Shown piece by piece: positions 26,008-38,587 of a stretch of DNA of 49,553 nucleotides (position 1 is the first letter of the stretch; each line of letters starts with the position of its first letter). The notes beneath the pieces were generated by a model. The model saw nothing but the letters and a program-made list of their open reading frames with translations, was not told where the DNA came from and searched no databases. The translations under genes and the position numbers were made by a program. Where the stretch lies: the NCBI GenBank assembly GCA_001938485.1, contig MQRK01170520.1, positions 1-49,553 of the forward strand. The letters run 5' to 3'. Source of the DNA: Girardia tigrina. Taxonomy: Eukaryota.

Positions 26008-26586
26008 TTTGATTTCCAATCCTTCTGGATATTCGATTGGGTCTTCTTTCATGCAAAACATTGCTTTCGTTCCTCGTTCGATCGGCTCGCTGTTATCGGA
26101 TTTGACGGTGGACGAACCGACCGCGGCCGGCTCCCACAGATACTGCTCGTCGTCGTTGCCTTTGGAAGTCACCTGAACTTTGTCAGCGACTAGATACGAT
26201 GGATAGAAACCGACACCGAATTGACCGATCATCGAGATATCGGCACCGGCTTGCAGCGCCTCTGCAAATGCCATAGTTCCAGATCTGGCGATCGTTCCAA
26301 GATTGTAGAAGAGCTCGGCTTTCGTCATGCCGATTCCTGCGTCGATGAGAGTGAGAGTGTCAGCGTCTTTGTCCGGGATGATTTTAATCATTGGTTCTTT
26401 GGCGGTGACGAGCACGGATGGATCAGTCAAGCTTTTGTAGCGGATTTTGTCAAGCGCATCGCTGGAATTGGAAATCAATTCCCGAAGGAGAATCTCTTTG
26501 TTGGAGCAGAATGTGTTGATGATTAGACTCATCAACTGGGCGATTTCGGCCTGGACTGCGAATGTCCCGGTTTCACAGTCGGACAT
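26008..26586 (-). pseudogene. hsp90: Truncated cytosolic Hsp90 (N-terminal ATPase domain only), fused in frame to unrelated sequence ending at 25723
   Basis: [56 protein letters not shown]. Homology stops at EYPEGLEIK, and many normally invariant residues are substituted. Confidence 0.9.
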
Positions 26587-26879
26587 GATTAGCGTTTGAA
26601 AGTATTTTGAATATTGCGGTTCGAGTTTTGTAAATTTGGGGTTATTTAAACAAATGTATTTTTTTTGATAATAATTTGCTTTTGATAATAATTTTTTTTG
26701 ATAATAATAATAATTTTGATAATAATTTTGATAATAATAATTTTTTTTTGAATTTTTATTTTGCATTTCGATCACTCCGTTCAAATTTTATTTTTTTTGA
26801 TCGTTTTTTTGTTATTTAAAAAAAATTATTTTGATTTTTTTTTAATTCACTACACTCTGTTTCATATTCTTTGATTCGT

Positions 26880-27725
26880 AATTATTCAGCTCATGTCTGC
26901 AATTTCACTGAAACAACAAATGATGTATCTCATGAAAATTTCTTTCAACTTCATCATATGATAACCAATATTTTTCTTCTTCTGGAAACTGAGAGTTTAT
27001 TTCTGATGCGAAAGAATTCTATCTTCTGGTTGCTAACTATACAGTTTTTGAATCTTCGTGTTACAATTTGTAATGCACTTATGTCTGACATTCTCTTATA
27101 AAAAGCATATCTACCTACAAATGTGCTCAACATTTCAATGTTTATGTCTAAACTACTGTGATAATTTATCCAAATCTGAAAATGTGAAATCATTGGTTTT
27201 TTGTGGTTAGCATGAATGTTACTGCTTTGTGGTAAGTCATTGACTTGAACTTTCTGTCATATAGATAGTTATTAAAATGTTTGCAGAAAAAGTAAATGGT
27301 TAGAAGTTATTTTCGGGTTATAAATTATCCTTTATCGTAAGAATTAATTGCATTTGACCAGTAAGTTATGACCCTTGCATGACCATAGTCATTCATTTGT
27401 GATAAAAGGAATGACATTGTACCAAAACCGTGTCAAGTTTAAACTCTTCAATCAGATCTAGAAAGCAGAAAATAGGACTTGACATTGATGCCTGTTAAAA
27501 TTCCTCGAAACTTTTACCAATTTCAGGTTTCATGATCAATTTCTCTTTTCTTTACTTACATATTTGTTCTATGGTTCCAATCTTTTTGCATAATCTTTTA
27601 TAAATTTCCGATAATAATTATATATGCCAGGAAACCTCTTATAATTTTGATACACTTTGATTTAATGAATGTTCTGATAGTTTCTATTTTTAATTGATTA
27701 ATTTTGATACTCTAACTATTGAAAA
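26880..27725 (-). mobile_element. Older, heavily decayed Gypsy RT-end/RNase H fragment
   Basis: Remnant motifs FL....NYYRKFIKDYAK, LLSQ...GHARVITY, ITRK*LL, F..YLY, HFQIWINY with many stops. It repeats the RT end present in the adjacent younger element. Confidence 0.65.
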
Positions 27726-27734
27726 TATGTTCCA

Positions 27735-30348
27735 TTTATAAACTTTCTGTAATAATTGCAAATTCCTAGAAAACTTCTTAAATTTTTGATACATGTGGGT
27801 CTTTGAAAATTCTCTTCTATTGCTATTTTTCTGGGTCTGTCTGTAACCTTTTATCATTTATAACGTGTCCTAAAACTTTTACTTCTTGTCGTAATATTTT
27901 ACATTTCGATGGTTTGATTCTTAATCCTATCTCCTTTATTCTTCCAAATACTTCTTTGACTACGTTATAATGTTCTTCCTTAGTGCTTGTTGCTATTAAT
28001 ATGTCGTCCAGATAAACTGATGCTCCCTTCTTTATCGGTTTTAATACTTTGTTCATTAGTTCCTGAAATGTTCCTGGGGCTGCTGCTATCCCGAAAGGCA
28101 TCCGTTTAAAACAGAATTGTTCTGATTTAGTGGAAAACGCCGTCCAATTCTACCTGGTAGTACGCGTTTCCTATTGTGCTGAAATATTTGGTTCCATATA
28201 GCCTATCCATCATTTCCGCTATATTTGGCATGGGGAATGCCTGTCTCTTTGTAATTAGGTTTAACTGTCTGAAATCTAGACACAGTCTGGTTTTGTCCAT
28301 GTCTTTTTTCCAAACGCATACTATTGGTGTGTTCCATTGTGAATTGCATGGCTTTATTATTCCATTTTCTTCTAGATTTTTGATTGCTTCCTCAAGTTTT
28401 TCCTCTAAGAGTACTGGCTGTCTTCTCGGTTTTATGTTTATAGGTCCTCCTGTTGTTTCTATTCTGTGTCGTAACAAGTTTTTACAGCCGACATCCCAGT
28501 TGTTTTCCATAAATATGCCTTGATATTGGTGAATTATTTCTTCTAGGAATTTATCGTTTCGCGTATCGATCATTTTCAAGGCTTCCTTTCCTCGTTCTTT
28601 GTCTGTGATTCCTTTCCCAAACTTTGCCTCGATTTCGCAAATGTTAATTTTACTCGTATCCTGTTGTTTATCTTCTTTCCATTGTAGCTCTATTCCGAAT
28701 TCTTTCATCAAGAGCATACCCCCAATCATGTCTGGTCTTAAATTCTTTACTATTATAAATCTTATTTTCTCTGATTTCTTCCCAATTTTTATCAGTGTCT
28801 CTATTTCTCCACTAACATCCATTTGTAATCCATCTGCTGCTGTCAATTTCTGATTTGTTTGTTCCATTTGTGTGCTCTTTAATTTCTTAAGTATTTATTC
28901 TGTCATCACTTTTAAGGCTGCTCCAGTATCTAATAGACATTAAATTTCTGTCCTCAATCATGACTCTGATACTTGTTCGACCCTCTAATCTGTTGTATAA
29001 AATTGGTACATTTTCATAATTTGTTATTATCAACAATTCTCTTTCATTAAACGTGTCCTTTTTTATAAATTTTACCACTTTGTGACTTGTTTCTGGTTCC
29101 TTATAAAAGTTCGGCTCACTCATGAATTCTGACTTATTTTTATCCATTTTATAATTCATATTATTTATATTTAATTTATTATTTATTTTATTCATATTAT
29201 TAAAATTATTACTAATGTATATATAATTTATATGATCAGGTCTGTGTTTAAGAAAACTTACTTCAATGCCAAGATCGGTTCCTCATCGTCTTGGCACGAT
29301 TCGTTTTTTCTATATGTATTCGGTATTCTTCCTTCTCCATCATCGCGATATGTCTTCTTCTTTTGAATCCTCTTCTATAGTCGTCTGAGTTCCGGTTTCC
29401 CTGGCTTTTTATTTGTGCATCTGAGAATTGTCGGCTATCTCTTTGGGTTCTCCTTTGAAAATCCGTTCTTCCTTGATATCGTTTATTCAGATTCGTGTAA
29501 CATTCCTCAGCTCTATGTCCTGGATTGTTACATCTTCCACATCTTACCTTTTTGCATTCTTGTCGCACATGACCTTCTTCTCCACATGCATGGCATGTGA
29601 TCTTCCTCTGACGTTTACATTCAAAACTTTTATGTCCTACTTCCGTACAGTTCTAATATGTGATGTTGTTCTGCATAGAAAATCGTCTTCCGAAGGTATC
29701 TTTTTTCCTCGTCATGTTTCTTGTTGCCATATCCGTCGTCAAGCCTCTTTTGACCGCAACATCTCTATATGTTGGTCGTATTGCGAGAACTGGCTTTTCC
29801 ATTCTTTGGACTTCGTTTACTTTCCTAATGACGTCCTTCATCTCTGTTAATTCTTTCACTTCTCTAAATCTGATTTCTTTCTTCACGTAACTATCTTTTG
29901 ACGCGTGAATCAGAAGGCATTTCTCTACCTCCGTCTCTGTCCACTCATGTTTCATCAATTTTGCCGCCAACTTATTTGCTTTATGAAGAAGAATTCCTTC
30001 ACTGATTCTCCAGATCTCTTGAAGTTTACCGCCTCTATCCAATCCTTCATTAATATGCTTTTCATCTGAAAAGCTTTTCGTAGACGGGCTTCGTATCCCT
30101 TCACTTCGGGACCGACGCTTTCATATATTGGTACGAATTCGTGTGACAGTAAACAATTACCAATATCTCTTGCATACTTTCCGATACTTTGGCCCCTTTG
30201 AAGTATCTTGCGCAAGCCGAAATGAATGTTTCCACATTATCTTGTCGCCTAAATTTGTCTAGTATGAGCTTCGAAATTAGTTGTTTGGAGCTACTGGCGA
30301 TGGTCGACATGTTGGGTTCTTGATCGAGATTAAGACTCATTAACACCA
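27735..30348 (-). mobile_element. Ty3/Gypsy gag-PR-RT, 3'-truncated
   Basis: PBS-like TGGTGTTAA at 30340-30348. Gag DNVETFISACARYF and CCHC knuckles; RT CNSQWNTP, RLCLDFRQLN, MPFGIAAAPGTFQ, VYLDDILI. Related to the 16196-19092 family. Confidence 0.9.
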
Positions 30349-31149
30349 AAATTTAAAGAGTGAGCCTGTCCTTCACAGGTTTTACTCAAAAGACGCAAAT
30401 TCTACTCTCCGAGACATTGGAAACTCGCCAAAACAGTATGGAAGTGTAGCGGAAAGTGTTGGAAAACATCTTGAGAAATAATTGTTTTGATATTATGTGT
30501 AGACTTTAATAAATGGTATTTTTCTCTAAAAACTGCACAGACTTGTGCGACAACATATTTATAGTCATTTTTGTTGCTTATTAATATTAAACTAACAATC
30601 AGGGAATATCAACTTTCCTATAAATAATTCGATAATAATTAGAGTTAATAAATACTTTATACCCAAATAAATCACAATTATTTTTCAAAAAATAATAGAA
30701 AAATAATTATCGAAGTGAATAAATTTCAATTTTCTCGACGAATTTAATCACCTTTGTTGTTCGGATAAGAAGAAGTGGCCGAAAGCCTCCGGAATTTAAG
30801 AGGATTTCTCTTCTAGAAATTTGATTATCGTCAAAACAAATTCTGTATTAAAGTATACTTAGTTCTTCTCAGCAAGAATCACATTTGTTTGTTTTAATGT
30901 ATTTTAAATATTCAATCATAAATTTATATCAATCAAGAGAAACGAACATTTTTCGACATTCACAAATCTATTTTCATTTACGTAGAGAATTTTTATTAAT
31001 TGGGATTTTTTTAATTTTTAATTTAATTTTATAATAAAATACTTTCTCAGTTTTTCCAGTGCTAGTTGTATGTTTATGTGATGACCAGAGAACGCTCGAG
31101 AGCACCAATCAGTAAGGTCAAAAATACTTTTTATCAGCTTCTTCATCGT

Positions 31150-32450
31150 TTCCCTTGATTAAATAAAATTCAATTTGTAAGAATTCTTGATGTGGCACCG
31201 CAACATTGGTAGGGGTCCATGGGTCTTGGAGAAAGGATTACTAATGTCTTACCGCTAAGGTGGCCGATATTGGTAGTTCTGATCCGGTCGAGACAATTAA
31301 CAAGCTAGTCATTATTGTTTAATGTGAGAGTGCCGGTATCTTTATCTAGAATGAATTTTCTAGAATGAAATTATCATTACTTTATCTAGAATGCCCATCT
31401 TGCAGGTGTCCAGGTCGGAGGGATCTATTAGGCATTTGTTTCCAATTTTAACGAAAAAATCGCTGGAAATGGAGCTCAATTCATGAATGCAGATGCCTTT
31501 TAAGTATCTGGATTTGAAATTATTTGAAAATCTTTTATAAGTGGTTTCATTTCTCGTTAATTACTCGTTTTTATGACTTGACTCTTGGAGCAACTCAACC
31601 GTCTCCTTAAGTCATGTATTGCGTCAACTAGTAACCACAAGTGTTTGACACTATCAGTCCTCAAATTCAGACTTAAAGCGACACCAGATCGACGAGACAG
31701 ACTCAAACATTCATTCACGTGCTCCTTGATCCGTTTCAGTTCGTCTGTATGCTCGCATCCGGACGAACTGATCAATCACAGTAACTCAAATATCCGCAAA
31801 CACACTTGAGATAGTTCTTAGGAGTTCAAGACTTTTTAATCGGAATATCCCCATTACGATACTTGAAGCATTCATTGATTCCTTGTAAGTTGTTTATTTT
31901 CCTTTTGATTTGAACTTCATGTATTTCCCGTAATTCATCATATTTTCCATCGATTTCTTCTTTTTCGGGTAATTTGGTGGCTTTATTACGATGGCCTAAT
32001 TCCTTTATAAATTTATGAAATCTTCAAATTTCTTTACAGACATTTCAGAATATAATTTATACTGATCCATATTTGTTCTTTCAATTCCAGATTTTTTCTT
32101 CTGGTAGCTGTCTTTTCCAAATAGTTTTCAGGCTCTTACCTTCTTCCCATTGAAGTCCTAGATTTTCAATTTTAGCATTTTCTTGATCTCTTTCTTTTCA
32201 CAGACAAAAGAAAAAATGGATTGTTACTCTGTTTGAAGATTGCACTCCGACAATATACGGATGCCTTCAAAATGTTGATGACCAATCTATATTGGCTCAG
32301 CCAAATTCGTTCCATTTACCTAATTCTCCCTTTTATGTTCTCAAGAGTGTCATTTCACTTGAATTCCAAAGTAATGACTTTTCCGGTTTACGTGTTGACT
32401 AAAATTCATGCCACAGAGGCTCCTCTACCATGGATCTGTATATTCAATCA
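31150..32450 (-). mobile_element. Degraded LINE (APE-RT) fragment
   Basis: Remnants GI..EL...NKCL and YRP..FSK of the pre-RT region, plus an APE-like C-terminal remnant. Appears interrupted by a ~290-bp insert (~31570-31830). Confidence 0.4.
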
Positions 32451-33449
32451 TCATTCTATCGTCAATATTACACACAATCACCGTACAACGATATGTAAGG
32501 GACGAGCCCCAATCCGGTGCAGGATCAAATTTTAAGATTCGTAACTCGAAACTCCTAAATTTGTTTTACAACAATCCTCAAACGGGATGCCTATCATAGT
32601 AAAGTAAAAATACTTGGTTCCAGTAAAATCCAAGTTTTTCTCAAACATTAGGCCATACCACGCAAAATAATTCGCACAATAAATAAGTTTTCCAAAATCA
32701 ATCACATTATTTTTTAGGTAAATATCTTTAAATCATGGGAGAGAAAGATCGACAATTGCAATCGCAGCACCACTATCAGAGAGCCGCAACCATGATTTGC
32801 TATCAGAATGTGATTTCAGAGCTTTCGAAATTGCGTGACTGTGATTTAAAATCAATAGAAATATTCTTTCGGTCTAAAATCGACAGCAAAATAAGAACCA
32901 TTAGATAAGGGGATTGTTGCACGATAAAAGAATGAATTAGAGCACCTGGAAAGTGGTTTTGAGCGATTGTCGAGTTCTTGGGTTTCTCGTCGGTGTTGCA
33001 CCGCTCCGTTATTTCGATTGTGAAGGCTCTGTCAGTTCGTTTGACGGATCGATTAGTTGTGTCGATAGGATGATTTACTTTCGGAAATCTGCGCGAGGAC
33101 TCAAACATTTGTCGAGAGGTGCGGGTGTTCGGAGCAGCTATCGATTCCGTGCGGAGTGAGCGATTGAATCCGAGGTGTTCAATGTTTGGTTGAATTGATA
33201 TTCGGGAGTCTTCCCACTCATAGCCAAGAGCAGTGTCATGTGCTCTCGGTCATCAATATTGTCATCACCATCATCCGATTGTGTAGTAACAATAGCACCT
33301 ACATCCAGAATAACTTTTGCGATATGTTTACAGACAAGTGATACTACAATGTCTCTCTCAACTACAAAGCCTTTCTTATCATCCAAAATTAATGTCAGCG
33401 TCCAATATCCAATATTATCTCAAAAAAAATATCATTTTCGGGATTCTGA

Positions 33450-34555
33450 AATGTTTTCAGCTGAAGAATTTCATAAATTAATTTACAACCGTGAACCACT
33501 TTCTCATTTGGAATCAGTTCATGTCGGGTGGCAAAATGGTTTCCAGACCATGGTTTTGTCTCCAGATTTTAATCAGTTAATTGGAGTGTCGGCGGTTCAG
33601 TCTACCTTAACAACTTTTATAGTCAATATCAGTCTTTGTGCACAATTCGTAGAAGTAGATCAAATGGATGATAAACATCCTCATGAACGTCCATTTACTG
33701 GGCGTGGTTCAGTTGCTAGAAAATCTTTTTGCGTCGATCCAGAAGTAACTGAAGTCTATCTGCCTAAAGAACACTCCAAACTCACCGTGAAGCAACCGTC
33801 AATTGAGCCTCAAGAAGAAAAAGCATCTATTGAAATACAAGATGAAGAAGAATATAACAAAATCTTCAATAAAAGTTATAAATTATCCTACTCTCCGGCT
33901 TTCGATGGCAAAAATCAATTTCTAAATGCATATGAAGATAAACAAAAGCTTGTTGCTTATAATCAACTCAAACTTCCACCAAATAACGCCTTAAATACAG
34001 AAATTGCTGTATATAATTCGGCATATCCTGAAAATATTGAATCTGTCATCCAAGATTCAATTAGCAAACCACAGAATGTTCCAATTAAAAAGGAAACAAA
34101 AATATCTCCTAGTGAAAACAAACCAATTAATGTTGTGAATGCTGGTCCAAGTAGCGATGATGAAGAAACCGTTCAGAAATTATAGATGGTACATAAAAAT
34201 GTAATCAATGTCCTTCAATACAGACAAAAATATCATACACAAATTCGCACATTTTGGACTCCAAATAATATCAGTATCGCTATAGATGCTGCTATCAGAA
34301 TAAATGATAATGCAGTTTTCGTTGATCTCCTTTCAGTTTTGAATTAAAACAATCATCTTTTCACTTTGGACACGGCGTTGTTGTTATTACCCCAACTAGT
34401 TCAATTATACAACACAAAATTTATCTTGTCCGACTGCATATGTGGATATATCTCGAGAAGAAAGGTACAAGGAGTGTTCCTCTTGTTATGAGTATCTGGT
34501 TGAAATCCGAGAATTCTATCGAAAAGGCCGATTCAGAGACCAATTCCTCTTTTGA
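33450..34555 (+). pseudogene. KATNB1: 5'-truncated katanin p80 (KATNB1) pseudogene
   Basis: Last WD40 segment EP...V.VGW...QLIGVS..QS; linker EIQDEEEYNKIF. con80 domain follows an in-frame TAG: IRTFW...AIDAAIRIND.AVFVDLL...LLPQL. After a frameshift/deletion comes VDISREERYKECSSCY. No introns seen. Confidence 0.85.
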
Positions 34556-34628
34556 ACGAAGTTCTCATTCTATTCATGGTTGTCGCCAGTCAGAAAGGAT
34601 TTTCTTCATCTATAAATAGATGACCCGT

Positions 34629-34660
34629 GATTGGCCGATCTAAAAATAGATCGGCCAATC
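34629..34660. promoter_or_regulatory. Perfect 14-bp hairpin containing two inverted CCAAT boxes upstream of the sideroflexin copy
   Basis: GATTGGCCGATCTA-aaaa-TAGATCGGCCAATC. An E2F-like GCGGGAAA lies near 34780. The regulatory role is inferred. Confidence 0.35.
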
Positions 34661-34874
34661 TGAGAATGGCATTTTTTTTGAAAAGAAATATTTTTTCGAA
34701 TTTTTATATAGCGAAAAATATTCGATATGTGACACATTCAATTTTGTTTTAATGGTTAATTTTGATTAATAAAATTTTGAGCGGGAAAAAATTTTTTTTG
34801 AAATTTATCCGACATTTTTTTTAAAAACTTTTGTGGAGTTTTTGAGAGTTTTTGAATTTTTTAAATGACCACTG

Positions 34875-35545
34875 TTGAAGGTGAATTTCGAGAAACCGAG
34901 ATGCGATCAAAGCGCGTATTTGAGTCGAGCAGAACATTTCTTCATAACTGCAAATCATTTGAATATTTTTAAAAATTCACAAGAGCTCGAGAAAGCAAAA
35001 GAAATCGTTGTTAATTATCGACAAGGCAAAGTGAACGGTGGTCTGACAGAGGATCAATTGTGGAAAACCAAACAGATCTATGATGCGGCATTCCATCCAG
35101 AAAGGGGAAAAAGGATGATTCTCTTTGGACGAATGTCGTTCCAGGTTCCCGGCAATATGTTTATTACTGAAGGAATGCTTCAATTTTATAAGACTTGGTC
35201 GGGTGTTCTGTTTTGGCAATGGATCAATCAAACGTTTAATGCTGTAGTCAATTTCACAAACAGAAGCGGCGATAGTCAAATATCAAATTCGAGACTACCG
35301 ACATCGGGTGCTGTATCCACAACTTTGCTTATCAACAAACAAGTAGCGAATCTACCTCTTTTGGTTGGGCATCTTGTTCCTTTTGTGGCTGTGGTTACAG
35401 CTAATTGTGTCAACATACCTTGTTATGAGATCTTATGAGATCAGTACTAGTATTTCAGTGACTGATGAAAATGGAAACCATCTTGGAAACTCTTCGAAGG
35501 CCGAATCATCTCGAATATTTATGGTCATTCTTCCGATCGTCATCA
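34875..35545 (+). pseudogene. SFXN: Sideroflexin pseudogene (3'-truncated)
   Basis: PRCDQSAYLSRAEHFF, AFHPERG..MILFGRMSFQVPGNM, FWQWINQTFNAVVNFTNRSG, LVPFVAV.TANCVNIP. A frameshift leads to MR...VTDENGNHLGNS; deletions present. Confidence 0.9.
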
Positions 35546-35757
35546 ACCTGAGTCTCGAGGTGAAAATTTTAAATGTGACCCCCCGACCAGATGTTCGCTC
35601 CCCGTCGCAGGCGTGCCGCAGCCACAAAATCGCTGCGCCCGCTCTTGCACCATCAGGGTTAATTGTGTTTAAATCAAAATTTACAAATAATAAATTGGCT
35701 AATAAAAAGTGAAAGTGGAAAGAATGTTTATGATTGCAAACTACTATAGACATACTA

Positions 35758-35856
35758 CAGTCAGACCTCCGTATCCGTCCCTCTAATATCCGTCACTCTC
35801 TCAATCCGTCACACTTTCAAAAAAACACACCCCGACGGATACGAGAGGTCTGACTG
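35758..35856. mobile_element. pogo/Tigger-like MITE (99 bp)
   Basis: TA|CAGTCAGACCTCCGTATCCGTC ... GACGGATACGAGAGGTCTGACTG|TA. Confidence 0.85.
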
Positions 35857-36125
35857 TAGTTTCTATGAGGAAACCCGGAATCTTGAAATAAAAAATAAAT
35901 TTGTATTTAAATTTTTTGATGATTTTTTTAATAAAGTAAATATTTTAGATCTGGTTAATAAAGAGAAGTTTAACTAGTTATGTTTCAGTGAAACAGATGT
36001 GCTTTTGGAAATTGGGACCGATGAAGATGGTTGTATACAACAGAAAAATGTAAAAATTCTTTATGTTTGATAATATTGAAAGTGATAAAATTAAAGAAGA
36101 GATGCCTGAAAAAAAGTTTTAAAAA

Positions 36126-36197
36126 GGGTATGCGGAGGTTTAACCTGCGGGGTTTTGATCACATGGGGTTTGACCATAGGGGGTTTGACCATAGGTG
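36126..36197. repeat. Tandem ~15-bp GGGGTTTGACCATA units, MULE-like TIR fragment
   Basis: GGGTATGCGG start followed by four imperfect ggtttgacc repeats. The TE class is inferred. Confidence 0.45.
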
Positions 36198-36574
36198 TCA
36201 AGAATATATATGTGAAAATAAAGAACTAAGAATAAGTATCCTAAGAATAAATATCCTAAACCTTAGACTCTCAAGAGAGTCGAAATGAGGAAATTCCAAA
36301 ATGATTCTGTAGTGATTAATGAGATGCGGTTTCGATGCTGCTAAATCCGATTCAATACTGCCGGACTTTTTTATATAGTCAGTGTTTTGATGCATTCGTC
36401 ATCGTAAACATCAGAAATCTCGGAATCTAAATTGCATTTTCAACAGCAATCCAGTTCGCATTTACGCTTTCTATAGAACTAGCAATGGAGAACGCTTTTG
36501 CTTCATTATATTCGCATGTTTTTCATTATATTATCACAGATTTAATTCCATAGCGATAATTAATAATAAAATTT

Positions 36575-36660
36575 GTTGGGTTCTTGATCAAAATTATAAT
36601 TCATTAACACCAAATTTTATTTCTATCACAAATAACAATTATTCAAACAATTTTTTGTCG
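36575..36660 (-). mobile_element. PBS/5' junction remnant of the 27735-30348 Gypsy family
   Basis: gttgggttcttgatc...tcattaacaccaaa is shared with 30311-30350. Confidence 0.6.
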
Positions 36661-37297
36661 AGGAACTTTTCTTCGTTTTCTTATTAACCAGATTTTTATT
36701 ATATAAAAATATAGAATTATAAATACTGATAAGCTATTTTAAAATTGAATTTTTTTTATTCTCTTTATTTTGAAAATTTACATTCCACTATTTTATGCAA
36801 CTTAATTTAAATTAAAACTAACATAATTTATTGTATTCATTTTTTAATAAATTAATAAAAATGATTTTTATTTCTATTTTTGTGAAAATGTTTTTAATTA
36901 ATAAAAGATTTTAACGTTTTATTCATTATCAATATTTTAGTTTAAAAGCATTTTTTACGTACAATTATTTTAAATACAATACAAATTTTAAACACAATTT
37001 AAATACAAAAAATAATTTACAGTATTCCAGTTTTTATTATTATTACGATACATTAATGATAAAAGTTTTATCTTAGAGTTTTATCAAAGAGTTAGTTTGT
37101 CAAATCTTTAATTTGCAGAATTTCAAACTAACTTTAAAATTTAAAATTATCTGTTTTTTTTAATTTATACATATGGCAACAAAGTTCATTATTTTATTTT
37201 TTAGAATAACTTTTAAATTTAGTACAAACATTATTATCCTTGTTTTTATATATTTCTTTTAAATCAATTATTTAAAAATCTATTATTTCCCAATTAA

Positions 37298-37458
37298 CCC
37301 TATTGGGGCCGAAACTATTTCCTTTAGAAAAAATGAATTTTTGATATTAATTCTGGTTTATTATATCTAAATAACTTGTTCTACATTAAAAAATATTTTT
37401 TGTTTCATACGGTCTTTTTGTAATGTGTCCTTTTAAAAAGACGGTGGCCCCATTCGGG
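37298..37458. mobile_element. piggyBac-like MITE
   Basis: TTAA|CCCTATTGGGGCC ... GGCCCCATTCGGG|TTAA. Confidence 0.8.
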
Positions 37459-37864
37459 TTAATTTTATTTTAAGTTTTTACTCTACAATTAAAATTTGAT
37501 TATTTCCGAAAATAACTTTTTAAACAATTAATTTTTAATTATAATTGCTTAGAAAACTTTTGATTTTAAATATTTCCTTATTACAGAAATTCTTTATAAA
37601 AATTAATTGTTTCAAAAATTTTAAGAGTGAAACAATTACTATGTTAGAAATATAGTCAAAACTTCTTTTTTGTATCATTTTACATTATATTATTCACAGT
37701 TTTTTTTAAACATTTATGAGTTCATAGGGATTCATACATACCTCAATATATATCATCAGATACTGATATATGCAATAAAACTGTACTGCGCCCATTTTCT
37801 TCTTGATAAGGTAATGTCACTTAAATAGGGCACTCTATACATAATAGTTAAACAAGTTAATAAA

Positions 37865-38318
37865 AAGTCTAGTGATAATTTAAGCGCAATTTCCTTATGT
37901 TATTCGGTGCCCAAATATTAAAACGTTTATATCAGTATTTGACTATGATTAATTTTTTGTGACCGAACGAAAGGATATTTTTGAAAACTTTCTTCGGCAA
38001 TATTGTTCTAAATTATTGCAGGAATCGATTGGTAAATGTTTCAAGTCGCTAAGTGGACTGGTTGCCGAGATATAGGCCAAAAACTGCATTTTTTCGAGGT
38101 TTTTTGGCTTTTCCGGGAAATCCAGGAAGGAATTCCGGGAATTTTTTGGCCCACAATCATCCTCCTAACTTGCTTAACATATTTGCTTTTGGAACTAGCC
38201 CTCGATATTGCTTCGTTGTGGAGGAGATACGACTTAAAGCTGCGGACACACATCCATCAATCCACACAGAAATAACCAATTAATAATCGCAATTGTCAGT
38301 ATGGAAATTGCGCTAAAA
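37865..38318 (-). mobile_element. Helentron-associated (HINE/DINE-1-like) non-autonomous element
   Basis: Subterminal inverted repeats AGCGCAATTTCC (37883-37894) / GGAAATTGCGCT (38303-38314). A partial third copy forms a hairpin, with (GGAT)/(GT) microsatellite near the 5' end and a T-run boundary. Confidence 0.5.
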
Positions 38319-38587
38319 ACTAACCATATAAATACTAAAAAAATAATTCACAAAAATAATTGTTGGTAATTTCATTGCAACAATAAATTAAAATTTAAAT
38401 ATACACTAATACGTATATCGATTTAAAGGGCCCTTAACAAATGTTTAAATGCCCTAGTAAAAATAAAACAGGTGTAATATTAACTGTCGTTATTCATAAT
38501 ACAAAGATATTAAATCTTAAATAAAGTTTTTCGATAAAATCAATTTCTAATAATTAATATAAAATTTAATTGAGTAGTTTAATTTAG

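Noticed and set aside
26587-26784. N-terminal 66 aa of the 353-aa ORF (NYYYQN repeats)
   Set aside because: Low-complexity (TAA/TTA)n upstream DNA with a non-ATG start; the Hsp90 start is the ATG at 26586.
33238-34185. 315-aa ORF as an intact gene
   Set aside because: It is a chance read-through from a foreign fragment into a truncated KATNB1, and the stop falls before the con80 domain.
37728-37810. Candidate upstream exon for the CDO-like gene (AAG|GTAATG donor)
   Set aside because: The frame that would join exon A in phase contains a stop.
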